Source: Abditibacteriaceae bacterium
Lineage (GTDB): Bacteria; Armatimonadota; Abditibacteriia; Abditibacteriales; Abditibacteriaceae
Reading direction: 5' to 3'
NCBI GenBank assembly: GCA_031425655.1
Contig: JANPJS010000108.1
Location: 1-60,054 of the forward strand
DNA: 60,054 bases
Position numbers and translations under genes: made by a program. The first letter of the stretch is position 1. Each line of letters opens with the position of its first letter. Below the pieces are notes generated by a model, which saw only the letters and a list, made by a program, of their open reading frames with translations, made no database searches and had not been told where the DNA came from. Positions 47,396-55,825 of this stretch are shown in pieces.

Positions 47396-49271
47396 TCCGA
47401 CTCATGTTAAGAGGTTTTTCTTGTGGCGTCAGCACAAAACGCCGCTCCATCTTGGTGATGAAGCGGTTTTTGTCGTCGTAGACAAAAACCGTCAGGGTTT
47501 GCGCGCCGGGCGCAAGCGACGAGAGATTGAGCGCAACCGTGTGCGCGCCGGGCCGGTTGGCGGCGTAAGTCACTTTGCCGTTGACCTGCAAATAAACTTT
47601 GGGGCGCGGCACATACGTTTTCACGCCGAGAACAAAGCGCGCTACGCCGCCGGGCGCATCGGCGACGCGGATTTTCTGGCCTTCGATCAACGGAAACGGC
47701 AGCGGCGGACGCGCATCGGACAAGTGCTCCGGGCCGCCTAAAAAGTAAGGCGAGGACGCGATTTGGCGATAGCTCGCCACAATATCGGGCTTGTCGGTGA
47801 GTTGATAATTGTTGAGTTGGCGACCGGGCTTGGCGTGCTTCATCGTATTCATGCTGAACCAGTCAACTAATTTGATGCGCGGGAAGCGTGTCGGCAGCGA
47901 CGTGTAAAGCTGCGCCATTTTGTCTACGGCGAAACTCACGCGCAATTTGCGGTCGGCAGCGGCCATGTGGCTGGCGCCGTATTCGCAAATCGCAATCGGC
48001 TTGCGCTTCGCGTAAAGCTTATAAATTGGCTCGATCAGCGTCGTCGGGTTGTCGAGCAGGGCCGGGCGCTGCGGATTGTTGTCGTAAAACGGCACGCTGT
48101 AAAGATTGATGCCGACCCAGTCGCAACCGTCGTCGCCGGGATAATAACGCGCGACAGTTTCCGAGGGCACGCTGTTCACACACCAGATCGTCGCCACGCG
48201 CGGCGCGGCTTTTTTCAGCGCGCGGTGAACGAGACGAAACTTGTCTCGATAAAGCGTCGGATTCTTATGATACGGCGTCCAAAAGCCGTTCATTTCTCCC
48301 GCGAAGCGGATGAAAATCGGCCAATCTGCGCTACGGCAGGCTTGTGCCCAGCCGCGCAGATAAGCATCGTCTTTCACTTCATTTAAGTTTTTCGGCTCCC
48401 ATGCGATGTGCGGAATGACGTTGGACGCTTTGCAGCGCGCGATCCACTTCGCGGGAAACTTTTGGCCGTAGCCGACATACATGAACACAGTGGCATGACT
48501 CACGCCGGTTTTGGCCCGAAACTCTTCGGGCGTGCGGTGTTCCTGCCAGTTTTCGTCGAAGTATTTCTCGCGCAATTCGTCGTCGCGGTCTATGAACGCG
48601 CCGAGATAGCAGCCGACGATGGGTTCGAGCGTGGCGCCGCTGTAAAGCGTGTTGATTTCGGGCTTTGTGGCTTGACGCTCCTGATAAATCTGCACATTGG
48701 TTTCGTAGCGCGCTGCGTCATTTTCCTGCACGAGCGCAGCGTTTATGAAGCCGTCCGTGCGCTTTGCATCTTTGGTTGCCCCGGCCTGCGCGCGATACAT
48801 AGCCGCTTCGGCGCGACGGCAGCGCGCGGTCTCGCTGAAGACGCCATTTTTCAGATAAATATCGCCTAAAAGCCGCCACGCATCATAGGTCGGAAAGCGT
48901 TTTTGCTTGTCCTGAATGCGCGCGATTTCGGCTAAGTCGCGCGCATTGCTAATTTTCGGCGCAACCGACGGCCCCGGCAGTTTTAAAGGCAAGTCATAAC
49001 GCGGCCCGCTGAAGTCAATTTTGGGTGCAGCGGGCGTTGCTTCTGCGACAACTGTCGTTGGAATATCGGGCACTTGCGGCACGCTGGAAACCGGCGCATC
49101 GGGCAGCGGCGTGGCAATCTCCGGCGCCGAAGTTGGGATCGGTTCCACGACTTCAGGCAGGGGTTTCGGTGTCTGATTCTGCGCGCAGGCGCTTAATAAA
49201 TTGACGGCAAGTGCCGCTGTGCAAAGCATAAACGAGCGGCTTTTGGCGTGTTGAAATCGAATGAGTAGCAT
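47382..49271 (-). CDS. GH26 family glycoside hydrolase, probable lipoprotein
   Basis: IRFAGEMNG, YYPGDDGCDWVG, IAICEYG; lipobox LSAC; start uncertain (49229-49301). Confidence 0.85.
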   Translation of the reverse strand: MLLIRFQHAKSRSFMLCTAALAVNLLSACAQNQTPKPLPEVVEPIPTSAPEIATPLPDAPVSSVPQVPDIPTTVVAEATPAAPKIDFSGPRYDLPLKLPGPSVAPKISNARDLAEIARIQDKQKRFPTYDAWRLLGDIYLKNGVFSETARCRRAEAAMYRAQAGATKDAKRTDGFINAALVQENDAARYETNVQIYQERQATKPEINTLYSGATLEPIVGCYLGAFIDRDDELREKYFDENWQEHRTPEEFRAKTGVSHATVFMYVGYGQKFPAKWIARCKASNVIPHIAWEPKNLNEVKDDAYLRGWAQACRSADWPIFIRFAGEMNGFWTPYHKNPTLYRDKFRLVHRALKKAAPRVATIWCVNSVPSETVARYYPGDDGCDWVGINLYSVPFYDNNPQRPALLDNPTTLIEPIYKLYAKRKPIAICEYGASHMAAADRKLRVSFAVDKMAQLYTSLPTRFPRIKLVDWFSMNTMKHAKPGRQLNNYQLTDKPDIVASYRQIASSPYFLGGPEHLSDARPPLPFPLIEGQKIRVADAPGGVARFVLGVKTYVPRPKVYLQVNGKVTYAANRPGAHTVALNLSSLAPGAQTLTVFVYDDKNRFITKMERRFVLTPQEKPLNMSRICPP

Positions 49272-49352
49272 CGAGAAGTTAAGAAGGTAGCGAGATGCCA
49301 AGTATATCGTGCAAGCGCGCCTTGCTCCGGTAAATCAGATAAACCAGAATCC

Positions 49353-50075
49353 GTGTTTGTTTTATTTGATGCCTACGGCACTTTAGTCGAGTTGGACGAT
49401 TTTTACGGACGCCTGCAACGCGGTTTCGCGCAGCACGGCGCGAATCTCTCCGCAGAAGTCGTGCGCGCAGCCGGACACGCCGAAATTCGCCATTATATTC
49501 ACAATGTTTTGCGTGCCCGTGATTTCGATTCGCGCCGAATTGTCGTCAGGGAATGCGCGCAGGTTTTAGGCGATGCCGCGCGCAAACACGGTGGCGCACA
49601 CGACTTGAATAACGAGGCGCTCGTCGAAATTTTAGACGATGCGGTGCGTTTTCGCCTTTTCCCTGACACGCGCGATGCACTTGAAGAATTGCACGCTCAG
49701 GGCGTGCCGATGGGCGTGCTTTCCAACTGGGATTACCAACTTCCGCAACGCTTCGAGGAAATTGATCTCAGCCGCTATTTTCATTTCGTGCAATCGTCGT
49801 CGGAAATTGGCTACGAAAAACCGGCGCCGCAGATTTTTCAGCGCGGTTTGGAATTGGCGCGCGAGGTTGTGCCGCATCTTACGCCGGAAAGCTGCTTTTA
49901 CGTTGGCGATCACTACGAAAAAGACGTGGTAGGCGCACAAAACGCGGGCATGAAACCGATCTGGGTTGTGCGCGAAGAACGCGATTTACCGTCGGGCGAA
50001 ACGCCGCGCGACGACAAGGCAATGGTTGTTCGTTCCCTGCGCGAAATCGTGTCGTTAATTGGAGAAAAGCGCTGA
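49353..50075 (+). CDS. HAD-superfamily hydrolase
   Basis: FDAYGTL, LSNWD, EKP, YVGDHYEKDV. Confidence 0.9.
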   Translation: MFVLFDAYGTLVELDDFYGRLQRGFAQHGANLSAEVVRAAGHAEIRHYIHNVLRARDFDSRRIVVRECAQVLGDAARKHGGAHDLNNEALVEILDDAVRFRLFPDTRDALEELHAQGVPMGVLSNWDYQLPQRFEEIDLSRYFHFVQSSSEIGYEKPAPQIFQRGLELAREVVPHLTPESCFYVGDHYEKDVVGAQNAGMKPIWVVREERDLPSGETPRDDKAMVVRSLREIVSLIGEKR

Positions 50076-50076
50076 T

Positions 50077-50835
50077 ATGATTTCTAAATGGACGCCGGAA
50101 AACCCGTTGCGCCTGGCGATGTGGTCGGGGCCACGCAATATTTCGACGGCGATGATGCGCTCGTGGGGCAACCGCGCCGACACTTTTGTGTGCGACGAGC
50201 CGCTTTACGCGCATTATTTACGAGAAACCGGCATCGCTCATCCCAGACGCGAGGAAGTTATCGCGCATCAGGAAAACGATTGGCGCAAAGTTGCCGCTTG
50301 GCTCACAGGCCCGGTTCCTGAAAATAAAGCGATTTTTTATCAAAAGCACATGGCGCATCACCTGCTGCCCGATATTTCGCGGGATTGGCTGAACGGTTTG
50401 ACGCACTGTTTTCTCATCCGCGAGCCGCGCGAGATGCTGACTTCGCTGCTGCATTTTTTGCCCCATCCGCGCGTGGCCGACACCGGCCTTTCACAGCAAA
50501 TCGAAATTTTCGAGTGGATTCGAGAACGCACCGGACAAACGCCGCCGGTCATTGACTCGGTAGATGTTTTAAATCACCCGCGCGAAATGCTTTTCCAACT
50601 CTGCGCGGCGTTGGACGTGCCGTTTGACGAAGCGATGCTTTCGTGGCCACCCGGCCCGCGCGAAACCGACGGTATCTGGGCTAAATGGTGGTATTCCGCC
50701 GTCGAAAAAACCACTTCGTTCCAGCCACATAAGCCCAAACCCGAACTCGTTCCCGACGAACTGCGCGATGTGCTGGAAGAGTGCGAAGTGATTTATGGGC
50801 GCCTCGCCGCGCATCGTTTGCAACCCGTTACATAA
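50077..50835 (+). CDS. Sulfotransferase-like P-loop protein (BCAT-like associated)
   Basis: MWSGPRNISTAMMRSW, DEPLYA, YQKHM, DGIWAKWWY. Confidence 0.85.
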   Translation: MISKWTPENPLRLAMWSGPRNISTAMMRSWGNRADTFVCDEPLYAHYLRETGIAHPRREEVIAHQENDWRKVAAWLTGPVPENKAIFYQKHMAHHLLPDISRDWLNGLTHCFLIREPREMLTSLLHFLPHPRVADTGLSQQIEIFEWIRERTGQTPPVIDSVDVLNHPREMLFQLCAALDVPFDEAMLSWPPGPRETDGIWAKWWYSAVEKTTSFQPHKPKPELVPDELRDVLEECEVIYGRLAAHRLQPVT

Positions 50836-51034
50836 TTAACCCAAGTTGCCCCGACTCGGCATTTTTGGAGTGCGCGAACTGGTTCGCGCTTTTCAAGCCG
50901 ACTTGTCGGCGTTCAACCTCAAGCATTGGGAATAACGGGCTGTCAAACTTCCAAAACAAAGGGTTTGTGCCGATAAATCGGCTCCTGAAAGCGGCGCCAA
51001 GCCGCCGCACTCCATAAGCAGCAACTTGGGTTAA
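50836..51034. mobile_element. MITE-like element with REP-type GGAGTGCG hairpins
   Basis: TIR ttaacccaagttgc / gcaacttgggttaa; truncated relative at about 25523-25580. Confidence 0.7.
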
Positions 51035-51042
51035 CTAACTCC

Positions 51043-51945
51043 ATGCAACAACAATTCAACGAAAAAAACCGCGACCTCATCGTAAATATCAACGGGCGTT
51101 TGCTGCACCGCGATGAAGCAGGCGTCAGCCCGTTCGATTCATCGGTGCAAGGCGGCGACGCTGTGTGGGAAGGCCTGCGCGTTTATGAAGGCCGCATTTT
51201 TAAACTGCGCGAGCATCTCGACCGGTTGCGCGGCTCGGCTTTAGCCCTTGCTTTCGCTCAAATCCCTTCGCACGATGAAATCATCGCGGAAATCAAGCGC
51301 ACTTTGGACGCGAATCAAATGCACGACGGCGTGCATATCCGCCTGACGCTCACGCGCGGCGTCAAAGTGACTTCGGGCATGGATCCGCGCTTGAACCAGA
51401 GCGGCCCGACGCTGATTGTTTTGGCCGAGCACAAGCCGCCGGTTTACGACAAAGGCGGCATTACTTTAATCACCAGCAGCATACGCCGCCCGCCGCCCGA
51501 TGTGATGGATCCGAAAATCCATCACTGCAATTTGATTCCCTCCATTCTGGCGAAAATCGAAGCCAACGTCGCAGGCGCTGACGATGCGTTGATGTTGGAT
51601 GTGCGCGGATTTGTGGCCGAAACCAACGCCACGCACGTTTTTATCGTCAGCGGCGGCGTGCTGCAAACCAGCCGCGTGCTCGCTTGCCCCGAAGGCATTA
51701 CGCGCTCGACAGTGTTGGAAATATGTGATGCTAACGACATTTCCTGCGAAGAAAGAGACTTGTCACTCACCGAGTTTTATCGCGCCGACGAAGTATTTTG
51801 CACCGGCACAATGGGCGAGTTGGCGCCGGTTGTCACCATTGATGGCCGCACTATTGGCAAGGGCGAATGCGGCCCTCTCACGCGCCGCTTGATGGAATTG
51901 TTCCGCGCCCGCACTGCGGTCGAAGGCGAGGTCGTCGTCTCGTGA
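51043..51945 (+). CDS. Aminotransferase class IV (BCAT-like)
   Basis: GDAVWEGLR, HLDRL, PKIHH, AETNATH, EGITR, GTMGEL. Confidence 0.92.
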   Translation: MQQQFNEKNRDLIVNINGRLLHRDEAGVSPFDSSVQGGDAVWEGLRVYEGRIFKLREHLDRLRGSALALAFAQIPSHDEIIAEIKRTLDANQMHDGVHIRLTLTRGVKVTSGMDPRLNQSGPTLIVLAEHKPPVYDKGGITLITSSIRRPPPDVMDPKIHHCNLIPSILAKIEANVAGADDALMLDVRGFVAETNATHVFIVSGGVLQTSRVLACPEGITRSTVLEICDANDISCEERDLSLTEFYRADEVFCTGTMGELAPVVTIDGRTIGKGECGPLTRRLMELFRARTAVEGEVVVS

Positions 51946-54422
51946 AATTTTCTATTTTATTACTCGCGGCGCTGCTGTTTTCTATGCTGCCCGTTGTCGC
52001 GCAGGGCACAGGCGCCGATTACGAACGCGCCGCCAGCTTACAAAAAAGCACGCAAAATAAAGTGTTTAAATCGGATGTGCGTCCGCACTGGTTCGCCAAT
52101 AATACGCGTTTTTGGTATCGCAACGATTTGCCCGACGAAGCGCGCGAATTTATTGTAATAAATGCCGAACGCGGCACGCGCGAAGCGGCGTTCGATCACG
52201 CGCGCGTTGCGGCTGTGCTTTCGCAAATAAACGGCGCGCAAATATCCGCGAATAAATTGCCGGTTGAGCGCCTGAATTTCCCTGATGATAAAACCGCCAT
52301 TCTATTAGGCCGCGAAAAATCATGGTCGCTGGATTTGGCTTCTTACGAAATCAAACCGTTCGACGGCACGCTTGATGCGTTGGAATCGCTGCCGCTGGAT
52401 AATTTGCCGGCTTCACGCGCGGGCGGCGCGCCGATTAATCTCACATTTATCAACCGCACCGATGGCGACGTGGATTTATTCTGGATTAATACCGAAGGCG
52501 GGCGCCAACAATACGGCACGCTGAAGCCGGGCGAAAAGCGGCGCCAGAATACTTATGAAGGCCACGTTTGGCTCGCGGTGCAAAATAATAAAACGCTCGG
52601 AATATTTCGTGCTGATGGCGACCACGACACGGCGTTTATTGATGATAAAACCAAGCCGCCGCGTCGCTCGGAAGTGCGCCGTGATGAAGCGCTTTCGCCC
52701 GATGGAAAATGGCGCGCGTTCATAAAAACTCATAATTTATGGTTGCGCGAAATTGTCAGCAGAAATGAAGTCACGCTGACGACTGATGGCACGCCGGAAA
52801 ATTATTACGAAACCCCGTTTTTGTGGTCGCCCGATTCGTCGCGCCTTGTGGCTTTACGCACGCAGGCCGGGCAGGAACACAAGGTTCATTTGGTCGAATC
52901 GTCGCCCGCCTACCAGGTGCAGCCGAAGCTGAAAACCATTGATTATCTGAAACCCGGCGACCGCATTGCGCTTTCCAAACCACAGCTTTTCGATGTCGCG
53001 CAAAAGCGCCAGATTCCCGTCAGCGACGCGCTGTTTCCGAATCCGTGGAGCGTATCCGACTTTCATTGGAAGCCTGATTCCAAAGAGTTTTATTTTCTTT
53101 ATAACCAACGCGGCCATCAAATAATGCGCGTCATTGGCGTGGACGCGGCCAGCGGTGCGGCGCGAGCGATCATTGACGAGCAAAGTGAGACATTTATTGA
53201 TTACGCGCATAAAGAATACCTTCGTTATCTCGATGCGACGCGCGAAATTATTTGGATGTCCGAGCGCGATGGATGGAATCATCTCTATCTTTACGATGCC
53301 GAAAGCGGCAAAGTAAAAAAGCAACTTACGCGGGGCGATTGGGTCGTGCGCGGCGTGGAAAGCGTGGACGAAAATAAGCGGCAACTATTAGTGCGCGTCG
53401 GCGGCATTCGTCCCGAACAAGACCCGTATTATGTGCATTACGCGCGCGTTGATTTCGACGGGAATTTAACGCTGCTCACCGACGGCGACGGCACGCACGA
53501 CGTGGTCTTTTCGCCCGACAAAAAATACTTCGTAGATAAATGGTCGTGCGTAGATATGCCGCCGGTCACCGAGTTGCGTGGCGCCGAAGACGGCAAATTA
53601 ATCTGCGAATTAGAGCGCGCCGATTGGTCGCAGCTTCTAACGACAGGCTGGCGGGTGCCAGAGCGATTCGTGGCCAAAGGGCGCGACGGCACAACCGATA
53701 TTTACGGCGTGATTTATCGTCCGGCGAATTTCGATGCGACGAAGAAATATCCGATCATCGAAAAAATATACGCCGGGCCGCAAGGCTCGTTTGTGCCTAA
53801 AGCATTTTCGCTGAACGACGACGCGCGTGAACTGGCCGAACTGGGTTTTATCGTTGTGCAAATTGACGGCATGGGCACCTCGAATCGCTCCAAAAAATTC
53901 CACGACGTAAGTTGGAAAAACTTAGGCGACGGCGGCTTTCCTGACCGTATTTTGTGGCTCAATGCAGCGGCAGCGAAATATCCGCAAATGGATTTATCGC
54001 GCGTCGGCATTTACGGCGGCTCGGCGGGCGGGCAGAACGCATTGCGGGCGCTTTTGGCACACGGCGATTTCTACAAAGTCGCGGTCGCCGATTGCGGTTG
54101 TCACGACAATCGCATGGACAAAATCTGGTGGAACGAACTTTATATGAGCTGGCCGGTTGGCCCGCATTACGCCGAGCAGTCGAACGTCACGCAAGCGCAT
54201 AAATTACAGGGGAAATTGCTGCTCGTGGTTGGCGAACTGGACACCAATGTTGATCCGGCTTCCACGATGCAAGTCGCCGACGCGTTAATTAAAGCCGCCA
54301 AAGACTTCGATTTGCTGGTGATGCCCGGCGTTGGACATGGCGCAGCGGGCACGCCTTACGGCAAACGGCGCTTGCAGGATTTCTTCGTGCGACATCTTTT
54401 GAGCGTTGAGCCGCGCCATTGA
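51942..54422 (+). CDS. S9B/DPP-IV family peptidase with inserted VHL-beta-like domain
   Basis: GGSAGG nucleophile, DTNV, GHG triad; signal peptide from GTG 51942. Confidence 0.9.
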   Translation: MKFSILLLAALLFSMLPVVAQGTGADYERAASLQKSTQNKVFKSDVRPHWFANNTRFWYRNDLPDEAREFIVINAERGTREAAFDHARVAAVLSQINGAQISANKLPVERLNFPDDKTAILLGREKSWSLDLASYEIKPFDGTLDALESLPLDNLPASRAGGAPINLTFINRTDGDVDLFWINTEGGRQQYGTLKPGEKRRQNTYEGHVWLAVQNNKTLGIFRADGDHDTAFIDDKTKPPRRSEVRRDEALSPDGKWRAFIKTHNLWLREIVSRNEVTLTTDGTPENYYETPFLWSPDSSRLVALRTQAGQEHKVHLVESSPAYQVQPKLKTIDYLKPGDRIALSKPQLFDVAQKRQIPVSDALFPNPWSVSDFHWKPDSKEFYFLYNQRGHQIMRVIGVDAASGAARAIIDEQSETFIDYAHKEYLRYLDATREIIWMSERDGWNHLYLYDAESGKVKKQLTRGDWVVRGVESVDENKRQLLVRVGGIRPEQDPYYVHYARVDFDGNLTLLTDGDGTHDVVFSPDKKYFVDKWSCVDMPPVTELRGAEDGKLICELERADWSQLLTTGWRVPERFVAKGRDGTTDIYGVIYRPANFDATKKYPIIEKIYAGPQGSFVPKAFSLNDDARELAELGFIVVQIDGMGTSNRSKKFHDVSWKNLGDGGFPDRILWLNAAAAKYPQMDLSRVGIYGGSAGGQNALRALLAHGDFYKVAVADCGCHDNRMDKIWWNELYMSWPVGPHYAEQSNVTQAHKLQGKLLLVVGELDTNVDPASTMQVADALIKAAKDFDLLVMPGVGHGAAGTPYGKRRLQDFFVRHLLSVEPRH

Positions 54423-54427
54423 GCTTG

Positions 54428-54559
54428 AACTTTCAATAGAACACGGGCTTCGCATCCTGCCCAAAGGGCGCCCGAAACGGCACGGATTTTCGCAGGTCAA
54501 TCCCAAAATCCGTGTCAATCCGTGGCTGTTTCCGCGAAATCCGTGTTCTATTGAAAGTT
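54428..54559. mobile_element. MITE-like element, family A
   Basis: 19-bp TIR aactttcaatagaacacgg; homolog of 12246-12388. Confidence 0.7.
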
Positions 54560-54619
54560 TTGACTTCGCTGCACGCCGTTGTTATGCCTCTGCACTGGTA
54601 AAATGCCTTATGAAGAACC

Positions 54620-55759
54620 ATGAGCGAAAATATCCCCGACGTTTCCAAAGAAGAAATCCTGCGCGCTCTCAGCGCGATTAATGACCCCGATTTAGGCCGC
54701 AACATCGTTGAGCTTGGCTTTGTGCAGAAAGTGCGTTCCTGCGACGGCCTCGTTGCTTTCGACATCGAACTGACCACGCCCGCCTGCCCGGTCAAAGATC
54801 AGATGAAGCAGGCCGCCGAAGATATCGTGCGCGCTTTGCCCGGCGTGAAAAACGTAAATGTGACGATGACCGCGCAGACGCGGCAGGCTTTCGACCCGAA
54901 ATCGGTTATTCCCGGCGTGAAGAATGCGATTGCGGTGGCGTCGGGCAAAGGCGGCGTCGGCAAAAGCACGACGGCGGTCAATCTGGCGATTGCGCTGTCG
55001 CAAACCGGCGCCAGCGTCGGCCTGCTCGATGCCGATATTTACGGGCCTTCGATTCCGATTATGTTGGGCGTGCCCGAAGGCGAGCAGCCGATGGGCGAAG
55101 ACACGCCCGAAGGCCAGCGCATCTGGCCGATTGAGCGGCACGGCATCAAATTGATGTCCATCGGCTTCGTGACGCCCAAAGACAAGCCGATTGTCTGGCG
55201 CGGCCCGATGGTCGGCAAGATGATCCAGACGTTTCTGACTTCCGTGGTTTGGGGCGAACTCGATTACCTTGTGATTGATTTGCCGCCGGGAACGGGCGAC
55301 ACGCAGCTCACGCTGATGCAAAGCGCGCCGTTATCGGGCGCGGTCATTGTGACGACACCCGAAGCGGTCGCTTTAGAAGACGTAATGCGTGCCGGGCGAA
55401 TGTTCGAGACAATGGCGCAGGCGGGCACAGCGGTGCCGATTTTGGGCGTGGTCGAAAACATGAGCTGGTTCGAGGCGCCGGGCGGCGAACGCATCTATTT
55501 ATTCGGCGAAGGCGGAGGCGCGCGTGCAGCGCAGGCTTTCGAGGTGCCACTTCTCGGCCAAGTGCCGCGTGACATAGACATCACACGCGGCGGCGACCGG
55601 GGTCTGCCGATTACAGTCGCCGATGGCGATCATCCCGCTTCGCACGTTTACCGTGAAATTGCCGGCAGTGTGGCGCGCCTTATTTCCACCATCGCCATGA
55701 AAAGCAGCTTCGACCGCGAAACGCTGAAATCGGCGGAAGAAAAAGCCGCGCAGCAGTAA
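54620..55759 (+). CDS. mrp: Mrp/NBP35 (ApbC) Fe-S carrier ATPase with N-terminal DUF59
   Basis: DPDL, LTTPACP, SGKGGVGKST, DADIYGPS, WRGPM, DLPPGTGD, VENMS. Confidence 0.95.
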   Translation: MSENIPDVSKEEILRALSAINDPDLGRNIVELGFVQKVRSCDGLVAFDIELTTPACPVKDQMKQAAEDIVRALPGVKNVNVTMTAQTRQAFDPKSVIPGVKNAIAVASGKGGVGKSTTAVNLAIALSQTGASVGLLDADIYGPSIPIMLGVPEGEQPMGEDTPEGQRIWPIERHGIKLMSIGFVTPKDKPIVWRGPMVGKMIQTFLTSVVWGELDYLVIDLPPGTGDTQLTLMQSAPLSGAVIVTTPEAVALEDVMRAGRMFETMAQAGTAVPILGVVENMSWFEAPGGERIYLFGEGGGARAAQAFEVPLLGQVPRDIDITRGGDRGLPITVADGDHPASHVYREIAGSVARLISTIAMKSSFDRETLKSAEEKAAQQ

Positions 55760-55772
55760 GTTGTTGGTTTTG

Positions 55773-55815
55773 AATCGAAAGGGCGCGGGAAAATATTCCT
55801 GGCGCCTTTTCGATT
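55773..55815. terminator. Hairpin terminator after mrp
   Basis: aatcgaaagggcgc ... gcgccttttcgatt. Confidence 0.65.
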
Positions 55816-55825
55816 ATGTCTGGCT

